The notes: generated by a model not told the origin, from the letters alone. Positions 1 to 10,489 are shown, counted from the first letter of the stretch. The stretch: 64,000 nt of DNA from Alphaproteobacteria bacterium (GCA_965220745.1 CBDCQT010000012.1:256001-320000), one strand, 5' to 3'. Numbers and translations are program-made.

Positions 1-581
1 CCGAAGCCCGTGGTGCGGCTGGCGAGGACGTGGTGCTGGTGCGCCCGACCACCAGCCCGGAGGACGTGCACGGCATGGTCGCCGCCCGCGCCGTCGTGAC
101 GGCGACCGGTGGTGCGACCTCTCACGCCGCCGTGGTCAGTCGCTCCCTCGGCGTCCCCTGCGTCGTCGGCTGCGGCGAAGGCGTGGGCGCAGCGCTCGCG
201 GGCAGGGAAGTGACGGTGGACGGCAAGGCGGGACGGGTGTTCGACGGCGCATTGCCAGTGAGCGCACCCGCGGAGACGGACGATCCGCTCCTGTGCCGGA
301 TCGCGGACTGGGCTCGCGCGGCCACGCCGCTCGCGGTCTACCGTGCAGATGAGGCAGCGCCCAGCGACGCGCTCGAACTCGACCGCCTGCCGGGCGGCGA
401 AGACCCCGAGAGGTTGCCGGGACTGTTGCGGGGGGTATCGGCTGCCAGCGGCGGCGCACTCGCCAGCGATGCGGGCGTCGCGGCCGCCGTCGCCGCCGGC
501 CTCGACTTCATCGTCGTCCGCCACGCCCTGCCGGCACTGCTCGCGGCCTGTGGCGCTGCGCGCGCGGAGCCGCCCGCATGA
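1..581 (+). CDS. Pyruvate phosphate dikinase-like protein, C-terminal part with phospho-His mobile domain (5' end outside window; no pyruvate-binding TIM barrel)
   Basis: LVRPTTSPEDVHGM...GGATSHAAVVSRSLGVPCVVGC is the PEP-utiliser mobile domain. The protein stops about 110 aa after this domain. ATGA overlap with the next gene. Confidence 0.8.
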   Translation, partial: EARGAAGEDVVLVRPTTSPEDVHGMVAARAVVTATGGATSHAAVVSRSLGVPCVVGCGEGVGAALAGREVTVDGKAGRVFDGALPVSAPAETDDPLLCRIADWARAATPLAVYRADEAAPSDALELDRLPGGEDPERLPGLLRGVSAASGGALASDAGVAAAVAAGLDFIVVRHALPALLAACGAARAEPPA

Positions 582-1069
582 GCATCGACCGCAAGGAGGT
601 CGAGGCGCTGATCCGCCTCTTCGAGCGCTCGGACTGGCACGAGCTCCGGCTCGAGACCGACGGCTTGAAGCTGGTGCTGTCGAAGGACGCTGATGCGGCC
701 CCGATCGACTTGGCGGCGGAGGCTGCAGGAGCTTCGGCGGAGCAAGCCCAGCCGGACCCGGGACTCGACGCAACGACCGACGGGTACGACCCAATGCCGG
801 CCGACGGGCTGGTGCCGATCACCGCGCCTAATCTCGGCACCTTCTATCGCGCACCCAAGCCGGGAGTCGCGCCCTACGTGGAGGTCGGCCAGCAGATCGG
901 CGAAGCGACCGAAGTGTGCCTGATCGAGGTGATGAAGCTGTTCACGCCGGTGCGGGCCGGGATCAGCGGCCGCATCGCCAAAGCCTGCGTCGAGGACGGT
1001 GAGATGGTGGAGTTCGGCGTGCCGCTGTTTCTGGTCGAGCCGGAGGCAGAGACGGCCGAGCCTGCGTGA
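578..1069 (+). CDS. Biotin carboxyl carrier protein (AccB-like)
   Basis: GTFYRAPKPG and biotinylation motif EVMKL; AccB-like N-terminus. Confidence 0.92.
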   Translation: MSIDRKEVEALIRLFERSDWHELRLETDGLKLVLSKDADAAPIDLAAEAAGASAEQAQPDPGLDATTDGYDPMPADGLVPITAPNLGTFYRAPKPGVAPYVEVGQQIGEATEVCLIEVMKLFTPVRAGISGRIAKACVEDGEMVEFGVPLFLVEPEAETAEPA

Positions 1070-2427
1070 TGGCCCTCTCGCGGGTCTTCGTCGCCAACAG
1101 GGGCGAGATCGCCGTGCGCATCGTTCGCGCCTGCCGCGCGCTCGGGCTTGAGAGCGTCGTCGGCGTCTCCGACGCGGACCGCGAGAGCCTGGCGGCGGAG
1201 CTCGCGGACCGAGCGGTCGTGCTGGGTCCGGCGCCGGCGCGGGACAGCTATCTCAATGCCAATTTGGTGGTGCACGCGGCGAAGGCGACCGGGTGCGACG
1301 CATTGCATCCGGGCTACGGCTTCCTCTCCGAATCGGCGGCGCTTGCCGGGCTGAGCGAGCGGGAGGAGATCGCGTTCGTCGGACCGCGGGCCGAGACCAT
1401 CGAGCGGCTCGGCGACAAGCTCGCCGCCCGCGCTATCGCGGCCGAGGCGGGCGTTCCCATCGTCCCCGGTTCGGGTGAAATCCGCTCGGCGGCAGACGCC
1501 AGCAGGTTCGCCGCCTCCGCAGGCTATCCGGTGCTGTTGAAGGCGAGTGCCGGCGGCGGCGGGCGGGGCATGTTCGTTGCGCGAACGGACGCAGACATCA
1601 ACGACGGCTTCGAGCGCGCATCTGCGGAGGCCGAGGCTGCCTTCGGCGATGGGGCGCTCTTCGTCGAGCGCTTCGTCGAGGACGCGCGCCATGTCGAGGT
1701 GCAGATCATGGGGGACGGCGCCGGCGCAGTCGTCCACTTCGGCGAGCGCGACTGCTCGGTGCAGCGCCGCTTTCAGAAAATGGTGGAGGAAGCGCCGGCG
1801 GCGGCGCTGCCGGCCGAGGCGCGCGCGCAGATTCACGATGCGGCCTGCCGTCTCGCGCGGCACCTCGATTACCGAAGCGCGGGCACGGTGGAGTTCCTCT
1901 ACGATGTCGCGCGAGAGGAGGCCTATTTCATCGAGGCCAATGTCCGTATTCAGGTGGAGCATCCGGTGACAGAGGAAGTCACCGGCATCGACCTGATCGA
2001 GGAGCAGCTGCGCATCGCAAGCGGCGGCGGGCTCAGCGTCGCGCAAGAGGACATCGCGCTGAGCGGCCACGCCATCGAATGCCGAATCAACGCCGAGGCG
2101 CCGGAGCGGGACTTTGCGCCATCGCCCGGCCTGATCGACGCCTGGTGCCCGCCGAAGGGCCAGGGCATCCGCATCGACAGCCATTGCCGCGCGGGCGCCT
2201 TCGTGCCCCCCTTCTACGACAGCATGATCGCCAAGCTGATCGTGCGCGCCGACGATCGCGCCGAGGCGGTGATCCGCATGGGCGGTGCGTTGGAGAAGTT
2301 TCGGATCGACGGGATCGACACGAACCTTGCCTTCCAGGCGCGCCTGGTGCGGCACCCCGACTTCACGGCCAACAGACTCAACACACGCTGGCTGGAGGAT
2401 GTCTTCATGCCCTCGCTGGCGTCCTGA
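1066..2427 (+). CDS. Biotin carboxylase subunit (AccC-like)
   Basis: ANRGEIA, HPGYGFLSE, KASAGGGGRGM, ERDCSVQRR, RIQVEHPVTE, YDSMIAKLI. Confidence 0.95.
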   Translation: MMALSRVFVANRGEIAVRIVRACRALGLESVVGVSDADRESLAAELADRAVVLGPAPARDSYLNANLVVHAAKATGCDALHPGYGFLSESAALAGLSEREEIAFVGPRAETIERLGDKLAARAIAAEAGVPIVPGSGEIRSAADASRFAASAGYPVLLKASAGGGGRGMFVARTDADINDGFERASAEAEAAFGDGALFVERFVEDARHVEVQIMGDGAGAVVHFGERDCSVQRRFQKMVEEAPAAALPAEARAQIHDAACRLARHLDYRSAGTVEFLYDVAREEAYFIEANVRIQVEHPVTEEVTGIDLIEEQLRIASGGGLSVAQEDIALSGHAIECRINAEAPERDFAPSPGLIDAWCPPKGQGIRIDSHCRAGAFVPPFYDSMIAKLIVRADDRAEAVIRMGGALEKFRIDGIDTNLAFQARLVRHPDFTANRLNTRWLEDVFMPSLAS

Positions 2428-2438
2428 GGGGAGCAACG

Positions 2439-3899
2439 ATGGCGCACATCGAGTTCCTCGACGAGACCATGCGCGACGGGCAGCAGAGCCTGTGGGGCAT
2501 GCGCATGCAGGCCGGCATGGCGCTCCCCATTGCCCCGGTGATCGACCGCGTGGGCTACCGCGTAGTGGACCTCACCGGATCGAGCCTCTTCGAGGTGCTG
2601 ATCCGCCACTGCCGCGAGAACCCGTGGGAGGGGCTCGACCTCTTGGTCGACGCCATGCCCAACAGCACGATCCGGGGCGGCATGCGCAGCAACGCGAGCG
2701 TCACCTTCGGCGTCACGCCCGATGCGTTGATGGACGTCTGGATGCGGCAGCTCTGCGTGCACGGCTGCCGCAGCTTCTGGATTTACGACGTGCTCTTCAA
2801 CATCGACAAGACGCACCGCCTCGCCAGTGTGGCCAAGGAGTTCGGCGCGGAGGTGACAGGCGCCATCATGTTCACGCTGAGCCCTGTGCATACCGACGAC
2901 TACTACGCCGATAAGGTAGACAAGCTCTCGGCCTCGCCGGATATCGACACCATCCTGCTTTACGACACTGGCGGCGTGCTGGAGCCTGACCGCATGCGCA
3001 CGCTGGTGCCGGCGATCATGGCGAAGGCGCGCGGCAAGCCCATCGAGTTCCACTCGAATAACCTCCTGGGTGCCTCCGGCCGCGCCTACGTGGAGGCGAT
3101 CGAGCTCGGCATCCGCATCCTGCACACCGCGTGCGGGCCGATGGCGAACGGGCCCTCGGTGCCCTCGGTCGAGGTGATGACGCGGAACGTCGAGCATCTC
3201 GGCCACACCCACAACATCGACCGCGCGCTGCTGCCCGAGATCGCCGAGCACTTCGAGCGCGTTGCCGCGGCGGCCGGCTTCCCGGTCGGCGTGCCGCAGG
3301 AATACGACCTTTTTTCGGTGCGACATCAGGTGCCGGGCGGGATGATGGGCACGCTCAAGGCGCAGCTCGTCCAGCACGAGATGGCGGACCGGCTCGACGA
3401 CGTGCTGGAGGAGACCGGCCGCGTGCGCCGCGAGCTCGGCTACCCCGGTATGGCGACGCCCTTCTCCCAGCTCGTCGGCACCCTCGCTGTGCTCAACATC
3501 GTCAGCGGCGAGCGCTACGCCGTGATTCCCGACGAGGTGATCCAGTATGCCGGCGGGCACTACGGCGAGCCGGTAGCGCCCATCGACGAAGACGTGCTGG
3601 ACCGGATCATGGCCGCTCCGCGGGCGCGCGAGGTGCTGGCCGAGCCGCCGGAGCAGCCCACGCTCGCCGAGCTGCGCAAGCGCCACGGCACCGACGATGA
3701 CGACGAGCTGATCCTGCGCGCCTTGGTCCCGGCGGCGGATCTGGAGAGGATGCGGGCCGCTGGCCCGGTGAAGCGGGACTTCCCGATTCTGTCCACGCCG
3801 GAGCTCGAGCACGTGCGCAAACTCATGGCGCTGTCGACCTCGAAGTATGTCGAGGTGCAGACCGCGAAGCTCTCGGTCTCGCTGCGACGGGCGGGCTGA
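2439..3899 (+). CDS. Carboxyltransferase subunit, pyruvate carboxylase B/oxaloacetate decarboxylase alpha family (divergent active site)
   Basis: DETMRDGQQS, ENPWE, HQVPGGM, RRELGYPGMATPFSQ; ATG at 2439 after GGGGAG. Confidence 0.85.
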   Translation: MAHIEFLDETMRDGQQSLWGMRMQAGMALPIAPVIDRVGYRVVDLTGSSLFEVLIRHCRENPWEGLDLLVDAMPNSTIRGGMRSNASVTFGVTPDALMDVWMRQLCVHGCRSFWIYDVLFNIDKTHRLASVAKEFGAEVTGAIMFTLSPVHTDDYYADKVDKLSASPDIDTILLYDTGGVLEPDRMRTLVPAIMAKARGKPIEFHSNNLLGASGRAYVEAIELGIRILHTACGPMANGPSVPSVEVMTRNVEHLGHTHNIDRALLPEIAEHFERVAAAAGFPVGVPQEYDLFSVRHQVPGGMMGTLKAQLVQHEMADRLDDVLEETGRVRRELGYPGMATPFSQLVGTLAVLNIVSGERYAVIPDEVIQYAGGHYGEPVAPIDEDVLDRIMAAPRAREVLAEPPEQPTLAELRKRHGTDDDDELILRALVPAADLERMRAAGPVKRDFPILSTPELEHVRKLMALSTSKYVEVQTAKLSVSLRRAG

Positions 3900-3900
3900 C

Positions 3901-5070
3901 GTGCGCCGCGCCCTTGTCGTCGATGTCGTCCGCACCCCCTTCGCCAAGGGGCGCGAAGGGGGCGCGCTGAGCGCGGTTCACCCGGTGGACCTGCTCGCGA
4001 AGACGCTTGAGGGCCTGGTGACGCGCACGGGCATCGACCCCGGCGCGGTCGACGACGTGATTGCGGGTTGCGTCATTCAGGTCGGCGAGCAGGCCGCCAA
4101 CGTCGGCCGCCAGGCCTGGCTCGCCGCGGGCTTCCCCGAGGGTGTTCCCGCCGTCACCATCGACCGGAAGTGCGGCTCGGCCCAGCAGGCCATGGACTTT
4201 GCGGCCCAGGGCGTGATAGCGGGCGCCTACGATCTCGCCGTTGCCTGCGGGGTCGAGATGATGAGTCGCGTGCCGATGGGCAGCAACCGGCGGGGCAAGG
4301 ATCATCTGGGGCCGATGCTGCGCCGGCGCTACGCCGACGGCCTGGTGCACCAGGGCATCTCCGCCGAGCTGATTGCTGCCCACTGGGAACTCGCGCGGAA
4401 GGACCTCGATGCCTACGCGCTCCGCTCGCACCGGCACGCGGCGGCGGCCGAGGATCGCGGGCTGTTCGCCCGCGATATCGTGCCCATCGACGGGACCTCG
4501 ACGGACGAGGGCATCCGCCGCAACACGAGCGCCGAGAGGCTTGCCGCGCTGGAGCCCGCGTTCACAGACGTCAGCACGGGTGTGCGCTTTCCTGAGATCG
4601 GCTGGGTGGTGACGGCGGGGAATTCGAGCCAGGTCTCCGACGGCGCATCGGCGATGTTGATCGCATCGGAAGCGGCGACTGAGCGGCTGGACCTGACGCC
4701 GCGCGCGGCCATCACCCACTTCGCGGTCTGCGGCGACGACCCCGTGCTCATGCTGACCGGGATCATCCCGGCGACGGAAAAGCTGCTGGCGCGGAGCGGC
4801 CGGACCCTCGACGATATCGACTGCTTCGAGGTCAACGAGGCCTTCGCCTCCGTCGTCCTGGCCTGGGCAGAGGCGTTGGGGGCGGACCTCGACCGCGTTA
4901 ACGTCAATGGCGGCGCCATCGCCCTCGGTCATCCCGTCGGCGCCTCCGGCGGCCGGCTCACGGCGAACCTGATCGGCAGCTTGGAGGAAAGCGGCGGCCG
5001 GCTCGGCCTTCAGACCATGTGCGAGAGCGGCGGCATGGCAAACGCGACGCTGATCGAGCGGCTGGGCTGA
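3901..5070 (+). CDS. Thiolase (acetyl-CoA C-acyltransferase)
   Basis: RKCGSAQQA, NEAFA, GHPVGASG, CESGG; GTG start at 3901. Confidence 0.93.
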   Translation: MRRALVVDVVRTPFAKGREGGALSAVHPVDLLAKTLEGLVTRTGIDPGAVDDVIAGCVIQVGEQAANVGRQAWLAAGFPEGVPAVTIDRKCGSAQQAMDFAAQGVIAGAYDLAVACGVEMMSRVPMGSNRRGKDHLGPMLRRRYADGLVHQGISAELIAAHWELARKDLDAYALRSHRHAAAAEDRGLFARDIVPIDGTSTDEGIRRNTSAERLAALEPAFTDVSTGVRFPEIGWVVTAGNSSQVSDGASAMLIASEAATERLDLTPRAAITHFAVCGDDPVLMLTGIIPATEKLLARSGRTLDDIDCFEVNEAFASVVLAWAEALGADLDRVNVNGGAIALGHPVGASGGRLTANLIGSLEESGGRLGLQTMCESGGMANATLIERLG

Positions 5071-5076
5071 AGGCGC

Positions 5077-5817
5077 CTACGCCGCTAGGTAGTGACCGCC
5101 GTTGACGAAGATGGTCTGTCCCTGGACGAACGCGGCCTCCGGGCGCGCGAGGAAGCGAATCACGCTGGTGTAGTCCTCGTCCTGCACGCCGCGCCCGCTC
5201 GGGTTGGTCTCGGCGGCGTGCTTCACGATCTCGTCCGCCCGATCGCCGAACAGCGCCCGCACCGCATCGGTATGGACCACGCCCGGCGCGACGCAGTTGA
5301 TGCGGATGCCGCGCGGCGCGAGCTCGCTTGCGAGATAGCGCACCAGCGATTCCGCGAGTGCTTTGGCGACGCCGATGGCGGCGTAGTTGGGCACCACGGT
5401 GCGTCCGCCCCGGCTTGTGAGGAAGAAAACGGTGCTGCCGCGCACGAGCAGCGGATCGGCCGCCTGCACGAGGTAGAGCAGCGCCGTGCCGTTGAGGTTG
5501 ACGGCGGCGGTGAAGTCGTCCGCGTCGCAGTCGAGCGCGGGCTTGGGAATGGCCCGGACGGCGCAGTGCACGAGCTGATCCAGTCGCTCGACTCGTTCCG
5601 CGACGTGCGCCAGCACGCTCCGCGCGCCCTCCGGCGTCCCGACATCCTGCTTGATCAGATGACAGCGCGCGCCCGCCGATTCGACCAGGGACCGGGCCTC
5701 GCCCGCCGCATCGTCGTCGCCCGCATAGTTGAGAAACACGTCCACGCCCGGTTCGGCGAAGGCGAGCGCAATGGCGCGCCCGATGCCCTTGGTCCCGCCG
5801 GTAATCAGGATCGACAT
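5077..5817 (-). CDS. SDR oxidoreductase, FabL/enoyl-reductase-like
   Basis: ITGGTKGIG; YAAIGVAK (Yx6K) as in enoyl-ACP reductases. Confidence 0.82.
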   Translation of the reverse strand: MSILITGGTKGIGRAIALAFAEPGVDVFLNYAGDDDAAGEARSLVESAGARCHLIKQDVGTPEGARSVLAHVAERVERLDQLVHCAVRAIPKPALDCDADDFTAAVNLNGTALLYLVQAADPLLVRGSTVFFLTSRGGRTVVPNYAAIGVAKALAESLVRYLASELAPRGIRINCVAPGVVHTDAVRALFGDRADEIVKHAAETNPSGRGVQDEDYTSVIRFLARPEAAFVQGQTIFVNGGHYLAA

Positions 5818-6033
5818 GACGCCCTCGCTCCACGCTGCACCTTCGGACAAGCCGTCCATAAGTGCTTGATGCTACCACGCAATAGTATCGACTGCGCTGC
5901 TTGACGGAGGCCCTTCCGTCGATAGACTTCCGCCCTCTCGGCGAGTCGCTCAAGACCATCCCGCTGGTGGCGCCCGGCACACTGATCGGGCGCGGCGTGC
6001 GCTGGCGCTGGACCGCGTGAGGGGATTCGACAC

Positions 6034-6894
6034 ATGACCGTGAACACCATCGGCGTGGTCGGCGCCGGCATGATGGGCTCGGAGATCGCGCTGGTTATGG
6101 CGCTTGCAGGCAAGACAGTGCTGTTGAATGACCGCGACCGGGCGCTCCTCGACAAAGCCGTGGCCAAGCTCGATGGCGTGCTCGACAAGGGCATCGCCCG
6201 CGGCTTCTACAGCGAAGACGACAAGGCCAGGGCACAGGACAACATGCGCACGGCCCTCGACCTCGGCGACTTCGCACCTTGCGACATGGTGATCGAGGCG
6301 GTGTTCGAGGACGAGGAGGTGAAGGCTGGCGTCTATCGGGTGCTCGGCGAGATTCTGGCCCCCGACTGCCCGATCGCGAGCAACACGTCGAGCATCTCGA
6401 TCAGCGTGCTCGCCTCCTACCTGGAGGAGGCGCGGCGGCCCTTCTTCCTCGGCACCCATTTCTTCTCGCCGGTCTCGCGCATGAAGCTGGTCGAGGTGAT
6501 TCCGGGGCTGGAGACGGCGGACGAGACCGTTGCCGCCGTGATTGCCGTCTGCGAGGAGGCGGGCAAGACGCCGGTGCCGATCAAGGATGTCGTCGGCTTC
6601 GCGGTCAATCGGCTGATCCACATCTTCTGGATCGAGGCGATTCGCTTGGTGGAGGAAGGGGTGGCGACGCCGGAAGATATCGATACCGCCTGCAAGCTCG
6701 GCATGGGGCTCCCGGTCGGACCCTTTCGGCTTATGGATGCAGTGACCAACAACCTCAGCCTCGACGTGCAGGAGATCCTGCACGAGGCCTACGGGCCGCG
6801 CTTCATGCCCCGCCCCCTGCTGAAGCAAATGGTAAAGGCGGGCTACAATGGGCGGAGCGCGGGCAAGGGCTGGTATCGCTACGACGAGAGCTGA
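6034..6894 (+). CDS. 3-hydroxyacyl-CoA dehydrogenase family protein
   Basis: GVVGAGMMG, IEAVFE, ASNTSS, GTHFFSP, GFAVNR. Confidence 0.93.
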   Translation: MTVNTIGVVGAGMMGSEIALVMALAGKTVLLNDRDRALLDKAVAKLDGVLDKGIARGFYSEDDKARAQDNMRTALDLGDFAPCDMVIEAVFEDEEVKAGVYRVLGEILAPDCPIASNTSSISISVLASYLEEARRPFFLGTHFFSPVSRMKLVEVIPGLETADETVAAVIAVCEEAGKTPVPIKDVVGFAVNRLIHIFWIEAIRLVEEGVATPEDIDTACKLGMGLPVGPFRLMDAVTNNLSLDVQEILHEAYGPRFMPRPLLKQMVKAGYNGRSAGKGWYRYDES

Positions 6895-6938
6895 GCCGGG
6901 GCAGCGTGCGCGCTCGACCGGATCGAGGAGGGAGAGGC

Positions 6939-7970
6939 ATGGAAGCAGCGGTGTTCAAGGGCGTCGGCAATCCGCTATCGATCGAGCAGGTGGATGAGCC
7001 GTCCGTCCGCCCCGGCGACCTCCTGATCAAGGTCGAGTTCTGCGGCATCTGCGGCTCCGACCTGCACGCGACCGAGGCGGGCGCGCTGGTGGTGCCGGAC
7101 GGCCAAATCCTGGGCCATGAGTTTACCGGAACCGTCGTGGAGACGGGTGCAGAAGTGGGCGGGGACTGGAAGGTCGGCGACCACGTGACAGCCGTGCCGG
7201 TCAACGCCTGTGCGGAGTGCGGGCGCCAGTGCAAGCTCGGCATGGGCATCCACTGCCCCAACAACATCATCACCGGCTTCGGTGCGCCGGGGGCTTATGC
7301 CGAGTACATCCGCGTCGATGCCGGCAACGCGCTCAGGCTGCCGCAGGGCCTCGGCTTCCGCGAGGGTGCGACGGCGGAGCCGCTCTCGGTCGGCCATCAC
7401 GTGATCGACAAGGCAGGCATGCGGCCCGGCACCAACGTACTGGTGATCGGCGCGGGGCCTATCGGGCTCTCGTGCACGACCTTCGCGCGCTTTTCCGGCG
7501 CCCGCCACGTCGTGGTGAGCGAGTTCGCCGCGCACCGCCGCGAGCGCGCGCTCGCGATGGGCGCGACCGCGGTCATCGATCCCAACGCGGGCGATGTGGC
7601 CGAGCAGTATGCGGCAATCGCCGGCGGTCCGCCCGACCTGGTAATCGAATGCGTCGGCGTTCCCGGCATGCTCGGGCTCTGCATCGACCTGGTGAAACAC
7701 CAGGGCAAGGTCATGGTCTGCGGCGTCTGCACCAACGAGGAGAGCTTCATCCCGCTCGCCGCGCTGGCGAAGGAGGTGTGCCTACAGTGGGCGCTCGGCT
7801 ACAAGCCGCGGGATTTCGAGGTGGTGCTCGATCTGCTCGCGAACGGGCGGATCGACCCGGCGCCGCTTATTACCCACGTGATCGGCTTCGACGATCTCGC
7901 CGCGCGCTTCGAGAAGCTCAGGACGCCGACCGACGAGTGCAAGGTGCTTCTGCGCCCCCAGCGGGACTGA
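6939..7970 (+). CDS. Zinc-dependent (MDR) alcohol dehydrogenase
   Basis: CGICGSDLH, GHE, structural Zn cysteines, GAGPIG. Confidence 0.92.
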   Translation: MEAAVFKGVGNPLSIEQVDEPSVRPGDLLIKVEFCGICGSDLHATEAGALVVPDGQILGHEFTGTVVETGAEVGGDWKVGDHVTAVPVNACAECGRQCKLGMGIHCPNNIITGFGAPGAYAEYIRVDAGNALRLPQGLGFREGATAEPLSVGHHVIDKAGMRPGTNVLVIGAGPIGLSCTTFARFSGARHVVVSEFAAHRRERALAMGATAVIDPNAGDVAEQYAAIAGGPPDLVIECVGVPGMLGLCIDLVKHQGKVMVCGVCTNEESFIPLAALAKEVCLQWALGYKPRDFEVVLDLLANGRIDPAPLITHVIGFDDLAARFEKLRTPTDECKVLLRPQRD

Positions 7971-7983
7971 TGGGAGGAATTCG

Positions 7984-8769
7984 ATGACCGGACGGGTTGA
8001 CGGCAAGATCGCGCTGATCTCGGGCGCCGGCACGGGCGTCGGGCGCGCCTGCATGATTCTGTTCGCCTGCGAGGGCGCCAGGGTCGTCGGCTGCTCGCGC
8101 ACCCAGGCGAACCTGGACGAGACGCTGCGGCTCACGAAGGAAGCGGGCGGCGACGGCTTCGTGGTCGCGCACGATCTGGCGCAACCCGAAGGCGCCGAAG
8201 CGCTGATCCAGGCCTCCATGGATATATACGGGCGCATCGACATCCTCGTGAACTGCGCGAGCGTCGGCTACAGCTGGCTGGAGAAGAGCCCGGACTCCAT
8301 GGGCGACGTGGTCAACACCACGCCCGAGAAGTGGCAGGAGGTGATGGGGATCAACCTCGATTCCTACTTCTATCTCTGCCGCGGCGTGATCCCCATCATG
8401 CAGAAGCAGGGCGGGGGCGCGATCGTCAACGTGGCCAGCATCTCGGGCTTCCAGGGCCTCCCCGTCGCGCACACCTACACGGCGGCGAAAGGGGCGGCGA
8501 TCAACCTGACGCGCTCGCTCTGCGTGACCTATGCCAAGGACAATATCCGCGCGAACTGCGTCGCACCGGGCTTCACCGACACGCCGATGGTGGCGCCCGT
8601 CCTCAATCTCTTCGACGATCCGGATATGGCGGACCGCCTCACGCCGATGCTGCGCCCCGGCACGCCTGAGGAGATGGCCTACGGCTGCCTCTATCTCGGC
8701 TCCGACGAAGCGACCTACTGCAACGGCACCGTGCTTACCATAGACGGCGGCACCACGGCACGACAATAG
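7984..8769 (+). CDS. SDR family oxidoreductase
   Basis: SGAGTGVG, YTAAK, NCVAPG. Confidence 0.92.
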   Translation: MTGRVDGKIALISGAGTGVGRACMILFACEGARVVGCSRTQANLDETLRLTKEAGGDGFVVAHDLAQPEGAEALIQASMDIYGRIDILVNCASVGYSWLEKSPDSMGDVVNTTPEKWQEVMGINLDSYFYLCRGVIPIMQKQGGGAIVNVASISGFQGLPVAHTYTAAKGAAINLTRSLCVTYAKDNIRANCVAPGFTDTPMVAPVLNLFDDPDMADRLTPMLRPGTPEEMAYGCLYLGSDEATYCNGTVLTIDGGTTARQ

Positions 8770-9490
8770 GCGCTGGGGCCCATCCTTCGGCCACGGGTAA
8801 CCAGCCGCCGGCCTTGCGGACTCGGCGCTCTGGTCGATTCGATTCCACCCAACTGCCCGTCAACTGGGGCCCCACGCCACACCTCGGGGAAATCCGGCCA
8901 GGACGGGCAAGAGTCCGGACTACGAAGAGTCTCGACGGCCTTGAACTGCGCTTCCCTCGCCATTTCAACGTATTGACGTGAAGGTATCATCGCCGACCGC
9001 GCTGAGCCGGGCGGACGCGCGTCATCCAATCGTCAAGATTCAAGATACGGTCATGCCACCGCAAGTCGTTCCTCCCACAATGCCGCGCAACAGCGCGGGC
9101 GGCGGTCCCCGGCAGAAGTTGTTGTCCGCGACCTGACGAAGACATTCGGCTAGGACCGGACGGCGCTTGCGCGGGCCGACATCGCCCGGCGTGCGAGCCA
9201 GCGGGCGGCTGCTCTTCCACCTGATGAGAGACATCTGGCTTCGACCACTCCGAAAAGATTGGTAGCGAGCTCTCAACCGATGACATCATGCCTGTCCATC
9301 ACGGCGTGACCGAACAGATTCCTCCAGCCTGTGCTCTCCAATGGTCTGGAGTTTCCTTTTTTGTGCTTACTTGGTGTGTATTTTCCTCAATCCGGTGTCT
9401 CTGTCACGCTCGTGCGGTCTTCCAAGCTATTGAGTTGCAATGCATATTCGCGTCGGCGCAGCAGACCGTGCTAGTGGTGAGAAATGCGGG

Positions 9491-10489
9491 TTAGTACCGC
9501 AGGTGCGCCGCTCGGTGTGCCTCTTCTTCGAGGGCCGTTGGCAAACGAGGGTCGAGGATGATCGTTTCTTGCTCGAGCCACAGTCCCGAGTTCTTGAGTT
9601 CGTGAACGAGCTCAGGCGCGTCGGTGAGGTCCAGATCGCTGGACCACGGTCGCTTCAGCGCCCGTTTGGGCACGCATTCCTTCCAGAACTCCGGCACCAC
9701 CCATCGCAGTCGCGAGTAGTGCTTCTTGAGGTGGTTCACGATCCCGGCGCCCTGCGGGTCGAGGTCGCCGAAGTGGAGGAGAGGGATGTCTTCGAGCTGA
9801 TCCAGGACAAGCCTTGCGGTGGCGGTGTTCCACCCCGGGACGTGCATCACGATCCAGTCTTCGGGCACGCGCACGTCGATGTAGGAGCCGAGATTCTCGA
9901 CGAGTAGCGCGACGCTCGGTCGCCTCGCCGTGAGCCGCGTGCCGTCGCGTAGTGCTCTCTCGGTCAGTACCATCTCACCCGCGATGTCGACGAAGACGGA
10001 GGCATCGATGCACCGATCGGAGCCCTCCAGCATCAGCCCCTTGTTAGGGCGAAGCCGCGCAATCCCGTCGCGTGTGAGTTCGATTCCGGCGAGAGCCGTT
10101 CTACGCCCGTCGGTGAGGCCTGCCTTCGAATGCGGACCGACATATGCCGCCGCCGTCTTTTCGTTGAGCCTCTTGGGCAGGGCCTCCACCCGGCCTGCAC
10201 GTTCGGCGTCTTGAAACGCTTTCCAGCCCTCGCATGTCACCGGTAGGCCGGCTTCGACAAGTCGCGCTTGCGCATCGCGCCACTCCGGCCATCGCCGGTC
10301 GAGCATCTCCTCGACTTCGCTTTGCATGCCTGCTGCGAGTGCGAATTCACCGCGCCTACCTGTTGCCTTCGTCCATCGAAGCTGCTCAAGCCATTCCCAC
10401 GCTTTACGTTGGCTTTCTCTGCGAGTGAGCCTTCCTTCATGGACCAGCTCCAGGACCGCGAACCTGTTCGCGTCGCTGTCCCACATCAT
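9491..10489 (-). CDS. JetD/MksG-like Toprim-domain protein (DUF2220-like; Wadjet nuclease subunit homologue)
   Basis: 332 aa; C-terminal LLVEN...HVPGWN...LHFGDLDPQG...LEQE Toprim pattern; start overlaps the stop of the SMC fragment (ATGA). Confidence 0.75.
   Translation of the reverse strand: MMWDSDANRFAVLELVHEGRLTRRESQRKAWEWLEQLRWTKATGRRGEFALAAGMQSEVEEMLDRRWPEWRDAQARLVEAGLPVTCEGWKAFQDAERAGRVEALPKRLNEKTAAAYVGPHSKAGLTDGRRTALAGIELTRDGIARLRPNKGLMLEGSDRCIDASVFVDIAGEMVLTERALRDGTRLTARRPSVALLVENLGSYIDVRVPEDWIVMHVPGWNTATARLVLDQLEDIPLLHFGDLDPQGAGIVNHLKKHYSRLRWVVPEFWKECVPKRALKRPWSSDLDLTDAPELVHELKNSGLWLEQETIILDPRLPTALEEEAHRAAHLRY

Noticed and set aside
6001-6033. GGGGATTCGA as the second att copy of the tRNA-Ser 3' end
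   Set aside because: Only a 10-bp match, and it doubles as the RBS region of the 3-hydroxyacyl-CoA dehydrogenase gene.
9110-9235. Tiny remnants resembling an ABC ATPase start (VVVRDLTKTFG*) and IstB (GRLLFHLM)
   Set aside because: Too short to support by eye; could be chance.
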